Of a stretch of 64,000 nt of DNA, positions 26,207 to 36,393 are shown one piece after another. Source of the DNA: Verrucomicrobiota bacterium (lineage in GTDB: Bacteria > Verrucomicrobiota > Verrucomicrobiia > Limisphaerales > Palsa-1400); NCBI GenBank assembly GCA_049510745.1, contig JBEKYR010000006.1, positions 126,511 to 190,510 on the forward strand. The letters are read 5' to 3'. Within the stretch, counting starts at the first letter, position 1. Every line of letters starts with the position of its first letter. The position numbers were made by a program, and so were the translations under genes. Under the pieces are notes generated by a model. The model worked only from the letters and a program-made list of their open reading frames with translations, was not told the origin of the DNA and did not search any database.

Positions 26207-28396
26207 ATGAGCACGATAGCGTTGTCGCCCGAAGAATTAACCAAACTCATCGCTGACCTCAACCGTCTGGCCCACAACCTCTGGTGGACCTGGAACCAGG
26301 GGGCGCAGGAGATTTTCCAGGAACTCTCCCCCCGCTGCTGGCAAAACCTCTATCACAATGCCGTCGCCGTCCTGCGCGAAGTTTCCGATTACGAGTTGCG
26401 CGTGCGCTTGCAGGACACGGAGTTCGCCTGCCGCGTGCGCCAGGTGTTGCGGGATTTCGATGCCTACATGACGGACAAGGACACCTGGGGCCGGCAAAAC
26501 GTGCCCGCCCTCACCCAGCATCCGGTCGCCTATTTTTCCGCCGAGTTCGGTTTCCACGAGACCCTCCCCATCGCCGCCGGGGGCCTGGGCATCCTGGCGG
26601 GCGACCACGCCAAATCGGCCAGCGACCTGGACATTGGCTTTATCGGCATCAGCCTCTTTTATCGGGAGGGTTATTTCCAGCAGCAGATCAACCAGGACAA
26701 CTGGCAAACCGAATTCTACACGCTGCTTAATCCGGACAACCTGCCCCTGGAACCGGTGCTCGACGCCAAGGGCCAGCCGCTGGTGTGCGCGGTGGAAATC
26801 GAGTTGACGGATGTTTACTTCCAGGTCTGGCGCGTCAACGTCGGCCGCGCGGTGGTTTATCTGCTGGACGCCAACCGCCCGGAAAACCCGCCGCATCACC
26901 GCGATTTGAGCCGGCGGGTATACGGCGGCGACAACACCATGCGGATTATGCAAGAGGTGCTCCTGGGCGTGGGGGGCGTGCGGCTGTTGCGGACCCTCGG
27001 AGTCCAGCCCTCGGTCTTCCACATGAACGAAGGGCACGCCGCGTTTCTGACCCTGGAATTGGTCCGCGAGAAACTCGCCGCCGGCCTCTCCTTCGCCGAC
27101 GCGCTGGCCAAAACCCGCGAGCAGTGCATCTTCACCACCCACACCCCCGTCGAGGCGGGCCACGACCGGTTCAGCCGCGATTTGATGGGCTACGCGATGC
27201 GAAACCTGATGGGCCAGTTGAAAATCTCCCTCGATACGCTGATGGGTTTGGGCCGGATCAATCCGCGCGATGAAGCGGAGTCCTTCTGCATGACTGTCCT
27301 GGGCTTGAAACTTTCCCGCGCCGCCAACGCCGTCAGCGAATTGCATGGGCGGGTCAGCCGCCAGATGTGGCGCCCGCTGTGGCCGGACAAACCGGTGGAC
27401 CAGGTGCCCATCGGCCATATCACCAACGGCATCCACCTGACCGGCTGGATGAAGGGGCCGGTGCGCAAATTCTGGCAGCGCAAACTCTCCGGGGCGGGGG
27501 CGCTGCCGGACCCGCTGGCCAGTGACTCGACCACTTTTTGGAAACACAGCCGCGGCGCTTCCCTGGAAAAGGAATTCAATTCGACCGAGTTCTGGGAAAA
27601 AATGGCCGATCCGGAGTTTCTTTCCGATGAAGAACTGTGGGCCTTGCGCTACAGGTTGCGGCGCGAGTTGATCGAATTTGCCCGCCGCCGCCTTGGCCAG
27701 CGCCTCACCCAATCGGACTTCATCGCTTTTGATCAATTGCTCCAGCCCGACGCCCTGACCATCGGCTTCGCCCGCCGCTTCGCCACCTACAAACGCGCCC
27801 CGCTCATTTTCGATCAATTCGACAACATCGTCACCTTGATCCACGACCGCCGGCATCCGGTGCAGTTCATTTTCGCGGGCAAGGCCCATCCGCGCGACGA
27901 CGACGGCAAACGGTACATCCAGCGCATTATTCATCTGAGCAAGTACAGCGAGCTGAAGGGCCACCTGGTTTTCATTGAAAACTACGACGTCCATGTCGCC
28001 CGCCAGATGGTTTCAGGCTGCGACATCTGGCTCAACAACCCGCGCCGTCCGCTGGAAGCCTCCGGCACCAGCGGTCAGAAAGCGGGCTGTCATGGCTGTT
28101 TGAATCTGAGCATCATGGACGGCTGGTGGCGCGAGGGATACGACGGCACCAACGGCTTTGCCATCGGCGGGGACAATCATCCCGCCTCGATCGAAGAGCA
28201 AGACCGCCAGGACAGCGCCAACCTTTACCAGGTTTTGACCGAACAGGTCATCCCGACTTTTTACACTCGGGACGACCGCGGCATCCCCCGGCAATGGCTG
28301 CACATGATCCGCCGCGCCATGGTCACGCTGGTGCCCAAATACAACACCTGGCGCATGGTGCAGGAATACACCCGCAAATACTATGTGCCAAAATAG
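26207..28396 (+). CDS. glgP: Alpha-glucan (glycogen) phosphorylase
   Basis: VAYFSAEFG, AGGLGILAGD, HMNEGH, FARRFATYKR, EASGTSGQK. Confidence 0.95.
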   Translation: MSTIALSPEELTKLIADLNRLAHNLWWTWNQGAQEIFQELSPRCWQNLYHNAVAVLREVSDYELRVRLQDTEFACRVRQVLRDFDAYMTDKDTWGRQNVPALTQHPVAYFSAEFGFHETLPIAAGGLGILAGDHAKSASDLDIGFIGISLFYREGYFQQQINQDNWQTEFYTLLNPDNLPLEPVLDAKGQPLVCAVEIELTDVYFQVWRVNVGRAVVYLLDANRPENPPHHRDLSRRVYGGDNTMRIMQEVLLGVGGVRLLRTLGVQPSVFHMNEGHAAFLTLELVREKLAAGLSFADALAKTREQCIFTTHTPVEAGHDRFSRDLMGYAMRNLMGQLKISLDTLMGLGRINPRDEAESFCMTVLGLKLSRAANAVSELHGRVSRQMWRPLWPDKPVDQVPIGHITNGIHLTGWMKGPVRKFWQRKLSGAGALPDPLASDSTTFWKHSRGASLEKEFNSTEFWEKMADPEFLSDEELWALRYRLRRELIEFARRRLGQRLTQSDFIAFDQLLQPDALTIGFARRFATYKRAPLIFDQFDNIVTLIHDRRHPVQFIFAGKAHPRDDDGKRYIQRIIHLSKYSELKGHLVFIENYDVHVARQMVSGCDIWLNNPRRPLEASGTSGQKAGCHGCLNLSIMDGWWREGYDGTNGFAIGGDNHPASIEEQDRQDSANLYQVLTEQVIPTFYTRDDRGIPRQWLHMIRRAMVTLVPKYNTWRMVQEYTRKYYVPK

Positions 28397-28409
28397 TGAG
28401 CGCGGTCGG

Positions 28410-28449
28410 GGTTTCGCTCGCTTTTACGGCGCGAACCGGGAGCGAAACC
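28410..28449. terminator. Stem-loop downstream of glgP
   Basis: ggtttcgctc / gagcgaaacc 10-bp inverted repeat; no U-tract. Confidence 0.35.
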
Positions 28450-28509
28450 GGGCCAGGTGTTGTAGGCGTACTTCCAGAGCGAGCCGTCTTCCATTAAGGG
28501 CCTTAAACT

Positions 28510-30072
28510 ATGTCCGCTAAAAAACAATTATTGTCCGACCATCGGCGCGATGGAAAGAAATTCATTCCACCAATGGCAGGGGTTACAGAAATTCACTACA
28601 TAGAACGAATTCTGCCCGAAATTGCTTGGCTTGATTATTTCATAAAGCACCTCGGTGCCAAAAAAGGCATTGAAACATTGGGGGTCTTCATCGAGTCATG
28701 CTTTCAGCTTAAAGATTGGGGACGAAAGCCGGATTTTTCGCTCATATCGAATTATCAAATTCTAACCCCACCTGATTGGAAAGAGTTTCAAAAGGTTCTT
28801 AAAGACAAAGCCATCTTTTCCGATTGTTTGGATGCGCTCACCCCGTTTGTTTGCTGTTTTCCATCCGGCAATCCTTTCGTTAACCTGTTCTCTGATCCCA
28901 ATATTCGGGTTCAAGCCGAATCTGAAGTTGAGCTGGCTCGCCAAGTGGTCTCACGTTTATTTGATCGCAGAAGCCCCGAAGCTACGCTTGTGCAATCGGT
29001 TCCCCTATGGATTGATATTAAAGTCGGCAAGTATCATGTCCTGCCGGACTACGCATTTATCGACTTCAAAACCATTTTCGGGAATTTCGATTCACTGCCA
29101 GGGGACGAACTTTCAGCGCATGTTCGGATGCATGTGAACGGAAATTTCATGATCTGTCGTGACAGGCTCGGCGATACGTGGGCGAAATATTTCTGGAACC
29201 GAGGCCGGGAACTTGCCCCTATCGTCACAAAAAACTCAAACCGTGAAATTGCCGATAAGGAAAAATTCCATCCGCTAATTCGTTTTGGGATTGATTACGA
29301 AAGTTATGCCTGGAATGTGGTGGACGACATTTGGTCAAAACTTCCCCTTGATATTTATCAGAGCGAATTTTTTGAAGTCATCGGCGCTCTCATGGCCCGC
29401 CAATGCAATCTGGCCATCAAACTGGCGCAAAATCCTACCTTGTGGGATTACCATTCAGGCCCATTATTTTTGCGCGCAATGACAGACTGCTACATTACAG
29501 CAGCTTGGATTTGCAAAGACCGTATTGACCGAGCGCAGAAATTTATTCTTTTCGGTTTGGGGCAGGAAAAATTGCAAATCGAACACCTGAAAGCAGTGCT
29601 TGAGACGGTGCGGCCAGAAGACCGAGAGCTTTTGCAGGAAAGGATAAAAACTCAAGAAGCATGGCTCAATGCCCAGCACTATTCATTCCTTCAGCATGTC
29701 GATGTTGGCAGTTGGTCAGGTATTTCAACACGCGATATGGCCAAAGAAGCCGGATGTTTCGACCTGTATAATTTTGCCTACACGGGATGGAGTCACGCCG
29801 CGCATGGGACGTGGAATCATGTTGGGCGTTTTGACGCATTGCCCAGCCATGAACCATTGCACAAACATATTTGGCAACCCGCGAATGTAGAGCACGGCCA
29901 GCACATTGATGTTGTCGTGCAGGGCACGAAATATTTTGACGAGCTTTGCGTTTTGATTGTCGAAGAATTCAAATTGAAGATGGAAGGCCCGAATCCAAAC
30001 GCTTGGCTCGAAGAAAGACTTAGCGAGATTTTCTCGGAAGCAGATCCCGGTCGTGTGAGGGGTCAAGCCTAA
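28510..30072 (+). CDS. Low-GC hypothetical protein with C-terminal DUF5677-like (HEPN-like) domain
   Basis: LRAMTDCYITAAWI, RDMAKEAG, LYNFAYTGWSHAAHGTW. Confidence 0.6.
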   Translation: MSAKKQLLSDHRRDGKKFIPPMAGVTEIHYIERILPEIAWLDYFIKHLGAKKGIETLGVFIESCFQLKDWGRKPDFSLISNYQILTPPDWKEFQKVLKDKAIFSDCLDALTPFVCCFPSGNPFVNLFSDPNIRVQAESEVELARQVVSRLFDRRSPEATLVQSVPLWIDIKVGKYHVLPDYAFIDFKTIFGNFDSLPGDELSAHVRMHVNGNFMICRDRLGDTWAKYFWNRGRELAPIVTKNSNREIADKEKFHPLIRFGIDYESYAWNVVDDIWSKLPLDIYQSEFFEVIGALMARQCNLAIKLAQNPTLWDYHSGPLFLRAMTDCYITAAWICKDRIDRAQKFILFGLGQEKLQIEHLKAVLETVRPEDRELLQERIKTQEAWLNAQHYSFLQHVDVGSWSGISTRDMAKEAGCFDLYNFAYTGWSHAAHGTWNHVGRFDALPSHEPLHKHIWQPANVEHGQHIDVVVQGTKYFDELCVLIVEEFKLKMEGPNPNAWLEERLSEIFSEADPGRVRGQA

Positions 30073-30288
30073 GTTTGGATTCCGCTGAACAACCCAAAAT
30101 GGTCAAAAAGGAACAGTTAAAAATACCACCAAACCAAAACAGGGGGGGTTCAGCCGAATCACTTTGGTTCATTTTGTCACCATGCGCGCCGACCCGTCGT
30201 AGCCATTATGACACTTATGAAGACCGTAAAGTGTTGCAAATATGATACTTACATCGGTTCCGCTTCGATGGGGAGAATACAAGATAAT

Positions 30289-30369
30289 ATTGTCATCGTC
30301 GGATTGCCGGATGCGGCGGTGAAGGAATCGCGCGACCGCGTCTCGACGGCGCTGACCAATTTCGGGTTC
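30289..30369 (+). pseudogene. comM: Fragment of YifB/ComM Mg-chelatase-like ATPase
   Basis: IVIVGLPDAAVKESRDRVSTALTNFGF is the ComM N-terminal signature; GC-rich patch in AT-rich context. Confidence 0.75.
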
Positions 30370-30652
30370 AATAGACTTCCTTATGCGAGCCGATGTTGAT
30401 TAGGAGAAAAACTTCCGCGCCGGTTTGCGGATGTTTCTCTTTCGCAAAAACAATCCGGCAATCGTAACCGGCGGAACACGCGTGCAGTCCGGCCAGTCGG
30501 CCGCTCAAATGATGCGTCTTCAGGCGGGAATCATTGGGGTTTTCCGCCAGGCGCCGCAGAGTCGTCTCGATTTGCGGGTGCAGCATGGGGTTCTTCCTGA
30601 TCAGGCGGCGAAAAGCCCGAGCAAACTTGGTCGTGGGAACAAGCTCGGCCAT
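30368..30652 (-). CDS. RelE/YafQ-type mRNA interferase toxin
   Basis: FARAFRRL, LKTHHLSGRLAG, YDCRIVF, NIGSHKEVY. Confidence 0.88.
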   Translation of the reverse strand: MAELVPTTKFARAFRRLIRKNPMLHPQIETTLRRLAENPNDSRLKTHHLSGRLAGLHACSAGYDCRIVFAKEKHPQTGAEVFLLINIGSHKEVY

Positions 30653-30655
30653 GAC

Positions 30656-30874
30656 TCATTTGCTCTTGCGCAAGCTGGCGATGAGGCTTTCAGCCGACTG
30701 GCTTTTCAGTTTTCCGGAGCGAAAAGCTTTGATGGCCCTCTTGGCCTCCTCCGCCGTTTCTTGCCGCCACGTTTCGATACGACGCTGGCGCAACAGGCTT
30801 TCGAGCATTTCCTGCTCGTCCGCCGGCAACGCTGCGGCTTCGGTCAGGACGCGATCTAAAGTTAAAGCAGCCAT
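30656..30874 (-). CDS. Putative antitoxin
   Basis: 72 aa immediately upstream of the toxin; LPADEQEML motif. Confidence 0.75.
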   Translation of the reverse strand: MAALTLDRVLTEAAALPADEQEMLESLLRQRRIETWRQETAEEAKRAIKAFRSGKLKSQSAESLIASLRKSK

Positions 30875-31152
30875 AGGTTCACTTCGTTGGTTTGAATTTC
30901 CACCCTTTGCCTGATATTGCCAAGTTATTTCGACAGGGTCGGCCCCGAAGCCCCGGAGTCTTGCCTTCCATGCGCCTCTTGTGTGGAGGGGGTAATTATA
31001 CTCTTGATATTACCCGCCTGCGTGAGAAGGCAGGGTGCCCTTCCCCCCCCGCTTTTCCGGCCGGGGAGCCGAAAACCGCATTGCCCACGCGGGGGAACAA
31101 ACAGGATTATTAGTTTGCCGACGCCGGGCCAAAGTTTTACCGTCCGTCTCCT

Positions 31153-32574
31153 GTGAATTACGAGGCTGTCATCGGGCTGGAAACGCACGTCCAGCTCAAA
31201 ACGAAATCCAAGATGTGGTGCGGCTGCGCCAATGAGTTCGGCGCGCCGCCCAATACCCTCGTCTGCCCCGTTTGCCTCGGCTTGCCCGGCGTCCTGCCGG
31301 TCGCCAACGAGGAGGCCCTCCGCCTGACCGCCCTGACCGGCTTGCTCCTCAATTGCACCCTGCCCCCGGACGCGAAATTCGACCGGAAGAATTACTTCTA
31401 TCCGGACATGCCCAAGAATTACCAGATCACCCAATACGACAAGCCCTCGACCGTCAACGGCCACATCGACTTCGAGTTCGGCGGCGGCGTGGCGCGGGTC
31501 CGCATCACGCGCGCCCACCTGGAGGAGGACGTGGCCAAGAGTTTTCATTTTGACAGGAACAGCGGGGTCGATTTCAACCGCGCCGGCGTGCCGCTGCTGG
31601 AAATCGTTTCCGAGCCGGAAATCACCGGCGCGGACATGGCTTATGAATACCTCAACGCGCTCAAGGACGTTCTGATCTACGGCGGCGTGAGCGACGCGGA
31701 CATGGAAAAGGGCATGGTCCGCTGCGACGTCAACGTCAGCGTCCGCCCTTGCGGGACGACGGCGCTGGGCAAGAAGATCGAAATCAAAAACATGAACAGT
31801 TTCAGCGGCGTGCGGCGGGCGTTGGAGTATGAAATTCCCCGCCAGATCGGGGTCCTGCAAAAGGGGGGCCAGTTGACCCAGGAAACCCGCCGGTGGGACG
31901 ACGCCGGCGGCATCACCGAAGCCATGCGGAGCAAGGAAATGGCGCACGATTACCGCTATTTCCCGGAGCCGGACCTGATGCCCTTCCAGCCCACGGCGGC
32001 ATGGCTGGAGGAAATCCGGCGGCGCGTGGTCGAACTGCCGCTGGCCAAGAAGCAACGGCTCATGCGCAAGTATCAATTGCCCGCTTCGGACGCGCAAACC
32101 TTCGTTTGGGACCGGGCGCTGGGCGATTACTTCGAGGCGCTGGCGCGCAAGGCGAAGAACCCCAAGGCGGCCGCCAACTGGATCATCAACAACCTGCGCG
32201 CCCAACTGGCGGCCACGGGCGGAGCGCTGGCCGGGCTGAAATTCCCGCCTGAATATATACTTGACCTTGTGGAACTGGTGGAAAGCCGCAAGATCAGCAG
32301 CTCCGCCGCGCAGCTCGTTTTCGCGGAAATGTTCGCCGGCGGCGGGGCGCCGGGCGCGATTGTCGAGAAGAAAGGCCTGGCGCAAGTCAGCGACACCGGC
32401 GCGATCGAGAGCCTTTGCGACCAGGTCATCGCCGCTCATCCGGGGCCGGTGGCGGATTACAAATCGGGCAAGGCCGCGGCGCTGAATTTTCTCAAAGGCC
32501 AGGTGATGAAACTGAGCAAAGGCAAAGCCAACCCAAACCTGGCGGGCGAAATTCTGGAACGGAAGCTCAAGTAG
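31153..32574 (+). CDS. gatB: Asp-tRNA(Asn)/Glu-tRNA(Gln) amidotransferase subunit B
   Basis: VIGLETHVQL, FDRKNYFYPD, DFNRAGVPLLEIV, DYRYFPEPDL. Confidence 0.98.
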   Translation: MNYEAVIGLETHVQLKTKSKMWCGCANEFGAPPNTLVCPVCLGLPGVLPVANEEALRLTALTGLLLNCTLPPDAKFDRKNYFYPDMPKNYQITQYDKPSTVNGHIDFEFGGGVARVRITRAHLEEDVAKSFHFDRNSGVDFNRAGVPLLEIVSEPEITGADMAYEYLNALKDVLIYGGVSDADMEKGMVRCDVNVSVRPCGTTALGKKIEIKNMNSFSGVRRALEYEIPRQIGVLQKGGQLTQETRRWDDAGGITEAMRSKEMAHDYRYFPEPDLMPFQPTAAWLEEIRRRVVELPLAKKQRLMRKYQLPASDAQTFVWDRALGDYFEALARKAKNPKAAANWIINNLRAQLAATGGALAGLKFPPEYILDLVELVESRKISSSAAQLVFAEMFAGGGAPGAIVEKKGLAQVSDTGAIESLCDQVIAAHPGPVADYKSGKAAALNFLKGQVMKLSKGKANPNLAGEILERKLK

Positions 32575-32584
32575 CGCTCGAAAT

Positions 32585-32989
32585 TCATTTCCGGGCGCGG
32601 AGAAGTTTGCGCAACCGCGCCGTCGTCTGCTCCCGATCCAGCGCGCCGGAGGCGACGTCCAGCGTCAACCGTTGCCACGCATCGGCGTCCAGTTTTTCCT
32701 CCGGCAGCAAGCCGTTCTCGCTCAGGAATACCAGACACGTCGCCAGCGCCGTCCGCTTGTTGCCATCCAGGAACGGATGATTGCAGCACAAATAGAAAAG
32801 ATAGGCCGCGGCGATCTCCACCGGGTCGGAAAACAGCGGCGCCCCCATCATGGTCGCTTGCGGCGCTGCCACCGCTGACTCCAGCAGCGCATGGTCGCGC
32901 AAGCCGGCCGAACCGCCGTGGGCCGCCAGCACCTCGGCGTGAATGGCGATCACCGCCGACACCGTGGGATGAACCAGCGAACCGCTCAT
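32585..32989 (-). CDS. doc: Doc (Fic-family) toxin
   Basis: HPFLDGNKRTA Fic motif; GLRDHALLESA. Confidence 0.9.
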   Translation of the reverse strand: MSGSLVHPTVSAVIAIHAEVLAAHGGSAGLRDHALLESAVAAPQATMMGAPLFSDPVEIAAAYLFYLCCNHPFLDGNKRTALATCLVFLSENGLLPEEKLDADAWQRLTLDVASGALDREQTTARLRKLLRARK

Positions 32990-33213
32990 GCCAGGCGCCG
33001 GAACAACTCGGAATTCTTGCGAATCAGGCGCCGCGCCGTGGCGGCGGCCTTTGTCGGTTCGATATTCCGGCGCAGAGGCGTCAGCGTGATCACGCCCCCT
33101 TCATGCACCTCGACATTCACCTGGTCCCCCTTCTTCAAACGGGCCAGGTCCATCAGCGCCGCGTCGAAGATGATGCCGCTGGAATTGCCCACTTTTGCAA
33201 TGGTCTTCGTCAT
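32986..33213 (-). CDS. AbrB/MazE-type antitoxin
   Basis: IAKVGNSSGII; ATGA overlap with doc. Confidence 0.88.
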   Translation of the reverse strand: MTKTIAKVGNSSGIIFDAALMDLARLKKGDQVNVEVHEGGVITLTPLRRNIEPTKAAATARRLIRKNSELFRRLA

Positions 33214-33219
33214 TCCGTA

Positions 33220-33248
33220 ATACTACGTTTTACGCCGCCGGATGTCAA
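33220..33248 (-). promoter_or_regulatory. Sigma70 promoter of the abrB-doc operon
   Basis: TTGACA-17 nt-TAGTAT, 6 nt before the ATG; overlapping cgtaa/ttacg inverted repeat. Confidence 0.65.
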
Positions 33249-33301
33249 ACGCCCATTCATATTTTCAGGGTTTGGCGCGCAACCTGTCGCAAAGGGGCAA
33301 A

Positions 33302-33320
33302 TGGAGCGAGCGAAGGGATT
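33302..33320 (-). mobile_element. Second att-like duplicate of the tRNA-Gly 3' end
   Basis: 19 nt identical to 25960-25978 (24/26 over 33302-33327). Confidence 0.75.
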
Positions 33321-33346
33321 TGATCCCATTGAAACTCTAATCTTCT

Positions 33347-34801
33347 TCACGGCGTTTTAAAGTTCCAGCGCGCCTTGTCGCTCTTGGGGTCGAACTTGGT
33401 CAGCGTCGGCGTGCTGAGGCCCGCCGCGGTCAGAGCCAGGGGCTCCTTGGAATTGGGCACAGCCTTGGGCATGATGCGGTAAGTGCCATCGGTCAACTGG
33501 TCGATGCGCCACAGTTGTTCGGGCTTGCCTGTAAAAGTGGGAACCGCCACAAGCTCGGCGTCTTCGGTTGCAGCCAGCGCGCGATCCGTGCCGGTGATCG
33601 TGATCTTGAAATAGGGCGAGCCGGGATAGCCGCCGACGCCGGTGACGGGCGTGATCGTCCACTTCTGATGGGGCCGCAACATGTAGTCGCCGATGCGAAT
33701 GTCGATGTTGCCGGCCGGCCAGTTCGTTGACACCACGGCAAGATCCTGGGGCGGAATCGGGGTCACGGGTCCGCCACCGCCGCGGGCGCCGCCGAATCCG
33801 CCGCGTCTGCCGCCACCCATCCGCACGAAATCCACAGCCAGTTCCAGCGCATAGCCGCTGCGTTCGGACTGGATCTCATAGGCGCCTTCCTTGAAGTTGT
33901 CGCCGGCAACGGGCCATCCGTCTTTCCAGAGCAGCGGGCGAATGTCCAGCACGCTGCGACCGCCACGGTCCAGGTCGGCCTCGTAATGACAGGAGAATTT
34001 CTGCACGCCGTCGCCCAGGTCCAGCAGGCCGAAGTGGGCGGGCCCGACCCAGTGACCATTGGCGGCCACAACGAGCTTGCCGCCGCCTTTGAGCATGTCC
34101 ATGCCCATGTTGTCAACGAAGGGGCCCGTCACGTTCGTGGAGCGGCCCACGCGGATGTTGTAGGTCGAGTTGGCGCCGTCGCAGCACGTGCCGTGAGTGC
34201 CCAGAAGGTAGTACCAGCCGTCGCGATACATCATGTCAGTGGCTTCGCAGTCGATGGCGATGTTAACGGGCTGGTTTTCGGGGAGGCGTTTTCCCGTTGT
34301 GGGATCGAGCTCGACGATCCGGATGAAGCCGAAGTAGGTCCCGTAGGTGAGCCACAGCCGGCCATCGGTGGGATCGAGTAAGAACGACGGATCGATGGCA
34401 TCGCAGTCCTCGACTCCGTCAGACGAGGCGACGACGGTGTTGTCTTTAAATTCGAAGTCGGGGGATTGGGGGTCCAGCGTCTTGGTCCACATCACGCGGA
34501 TGGAGCCAGCATGCCCTCCTCCCAAACCGCCTCCACCCGAGGCATAGGCCACGTAGTAGCGATCCCCGATATGGATGACGTCAGGCGCCAATCCGCCGCC
34601 GGGACGCACGGCCCCGCTGCGCCAGGTCCAGCCGTCGTCGGACATCAAGCCTCCGCCGCCGGTGCCGTAAGTGTAAAACTTGCCATCGCACTGCACGACG
34701 GTCGAGGGATCGTGGATGTAGGGTTCGCCGTCCAGAGCCCAGGCCGGACCAGACAGAGAGAGCAGGGTGGAAACCGCTGCCGCCAAAATACGGGATTTCA
34801 T
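33347..34801 (-). CDS. Secreted GH43 glycoside hydrolase (arabinanase-like) with C-terminal ricin-B-like lectin domain
   Basis: IHDPS, APDV, DAIDPS, YGTYFG, CEAT; QKW/QLW ricin-like repeats. Confidence 0.85.
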   Translation of the reverse strand: MKSRILAAAVSTLLSLSGPAWALDGEPYIHDPSTVVQCDGKFYTYGTGGGGLMSDDGWTWRSGAVRPGGGLAPDVIHIGDRYYVAYASGGGGLGGGHAGSIRVMWTKTLDPQSPDFEFKDNTVVASSDGVEDCDAIDPSFLLDPTDGRLWLTYGTYFGFIRIVELDPTTGKRLPENQPVNIAIDCEATDMMYRDGWYYLLGTHGTCCDGANSTYNIRVGRSTNVTGPFVDNMGMDMLKGGGKLVVAANGHWVGPAHFGLLDLGDGVQKFSCHYEADLDRGGRSVLDIRPLLWKDGWPVAGDNFKEGAYEIQSERSGYALELAVDFVRMGGGRRGGFGGARGGGGPVTPIPPQDLAVVSTNWPAGNIDIRIGDYMLRPHQKWTITPVTGVGGYPGSPYFKITITGTDRALAATEDAELVAVPTFTGKPEQLWRIDQLTDGTYRIMPKAVPNSKEPLALTAAGLSTPTLTKFDPKSDKARWNFKTP

Positions 34802-34931
34802 AAAACCTCCAAAACGATAGAGACCAAGAATAGGACGCCTCGTTAAACCGACGTCAACGCCGCGCGACGTGGCCATAACACCGAGACAGCAGGCAGCAGC
34901 CGGGAGGCCACGGCTTGGAATCCGGTGGGAT

Positions 34932-35645
34932 TTAATTTCCTGCGTTTTCAAAGCTCAGGGTGATCTCCTTGACCGGATCACCATTCTCATCGATAAAGCG
35001 GACGCAGAAATCGCTCATGCCGGGGCCGTTGATGACGGCGCCGCGAATGACGTTCCGGCCCTTGTTGAGCGTGAGGCGTTTGGAGACGCAGTCATCCATA
35101 ACCATGCGCCGATCGCTGAAGAGGTTGACGGCTTCCTTGCCGTTGAGCCACCACATGGACGCCGAATTGGAGCCGACGGCCATGCGAACGTTCTGCATCT
35201 CCCGCGGGCTGTTGACGACGGTCACGGCCCAGAACAGAACGCCGTACGTCGGCTTGTTCAGGCCATAGGCGAAGCGAAAGAGCTTGACGTTGAAATGGGC
35301 GGAGTCCAGGGCATGCCACGCGAGTTCCTCGCCGGCAACCGTCACCTTGTCGCCGTCGTGCGGGACCACGGTGAACTGGTTGGGAAAGTACTCGGTATTG
35401 ATGGCGTTCCGGACGTAGCTGTCGGTAAACCCGGCGTTGCTGCGGATCGACTTTTTAATCGGCTCGAGAAGCAGCCAGCGCTGGAGGAAGCCGTCGGTGT
35501 CCGGCGCCTTGGGGGACGCTGTGGCCGGCGTGAAGTAAGGCGCGATGCTGCGAGGAGCATTGTCGAGCCCGGCGGAAAAGGCTTGAAACGCCAATGCAGC
35601 CAGGGCGCCGAATACCGGCATCACGATTTTGCGGAGCGTGTTCAT
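34932..35645 (-). CDS. Secreted hypothetical protein (carbohydrate-associated beta-sandwich)
   Basis: Signal peptide; GFLQRWLLLEPI, WWLNGKE, LNKGRNVI; co-oriented with GH43. Confidence 0.65.
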   Translation of the reverse strand: MNTLRKIVMPVFGALAALAFQAFSAGLDNAPRSIAPYFTPATASPKAPDTDGFLQRWLLLEPIKKSIRSNAGFTDSYVRNAINTEYFPNQFTVVPHDGDKVTVAGEELAWHALDSAHFNVKLFRFAYGLNKPTYGVLFWAVTVVNSPREMQNVRMAVGSNSASMWWLNGKEAVNLFSDRRMVMDDCVSKRLTLNKGRNVIRGAVINGPGMSDFCVRFIDENGDPVKEITLSFENAGN

Positions 35646-35841
35646 AGAAGTTTCTTCGCGGGATTTCCGATTTTTGTGCGCGAAACCCGAACGAATCTTT
35701 CGTTGTGGGGGACCTATGTACGCAATTCGTGCCGCATTGTCAACTGCCTTGATCGACAAGCCGATTGTGCGGGACTGGTTTACGTTTACGGATTGGTCTT
35801 TATCTTCCCCGTTTTTGCCCGCATCGTTGGCGTCACATTCT

Positions 35842-36393
35842 ATGAAAAAACTCATTCTCCTACTGGCCCTGGGCGCGGTCTGCGCGGCGCAAGCGCAAAC
35901 GACCAACGCTCCGCTCACTTATTTTGAATTCTACAACGCCGCCTGCGACGCGCCCTTGCTCAAAAGCATGTCCAGCATCGGCCTGTTGAACAACCAGATC
36001 ACCTACCCGGTGGAAGTCCGGGCCGAACGGCTGATCAACCTGCAAACTTCCAATATCGTCTATGCCGTTTCCCTGCGCACCCGCCTTTCCCGCCAGGTGC
36101 AGGTCGATTATATTGATTACGACGAACTCGACGGCCTCATTCGCGGCCTGCAACTGATTTCGCAAGCCGATCATTCCACGGCGCCGATGGACAATTTCGA
36201 GGCCGTCTATCGCACCCGCGGCGGATTATCCATCCTCAAGGTTTCCAACGGCAATAAATACACCATCGCCATCAAATCCGGCGACCCGGCCGCGAGCCGA
36301 AATCAAATGGCGCCCTTTGTCTTGGACGATTTGGGAAGATACCTGACCGCCGCCAAGGCCAAGCTGGACGCCCTCGCTGCCGGCGGCCAATAG
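35842..36393 (+). CDS. Secreted hypothetical protein
   Basis: MKKLILLLALG signal peptide; host-like codon usage. Confidence 0.7.
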   Translation: MKKLILLLALGAVCAAQAQTTNAPLTYFEFYNAACDAPLLKSMSSIGLLNNQITYPVEVRAERLINLQTSNIVYAVSLRTRLSRQVQVDYIDYDELDGLIRGLQLISQADHSTAPMDNFEAVYRTRGGLSILKVSNGNKYTIAIKSGDPAASRNQMAPFVLDDLGRYLTAAKAKLDALAAGGQ

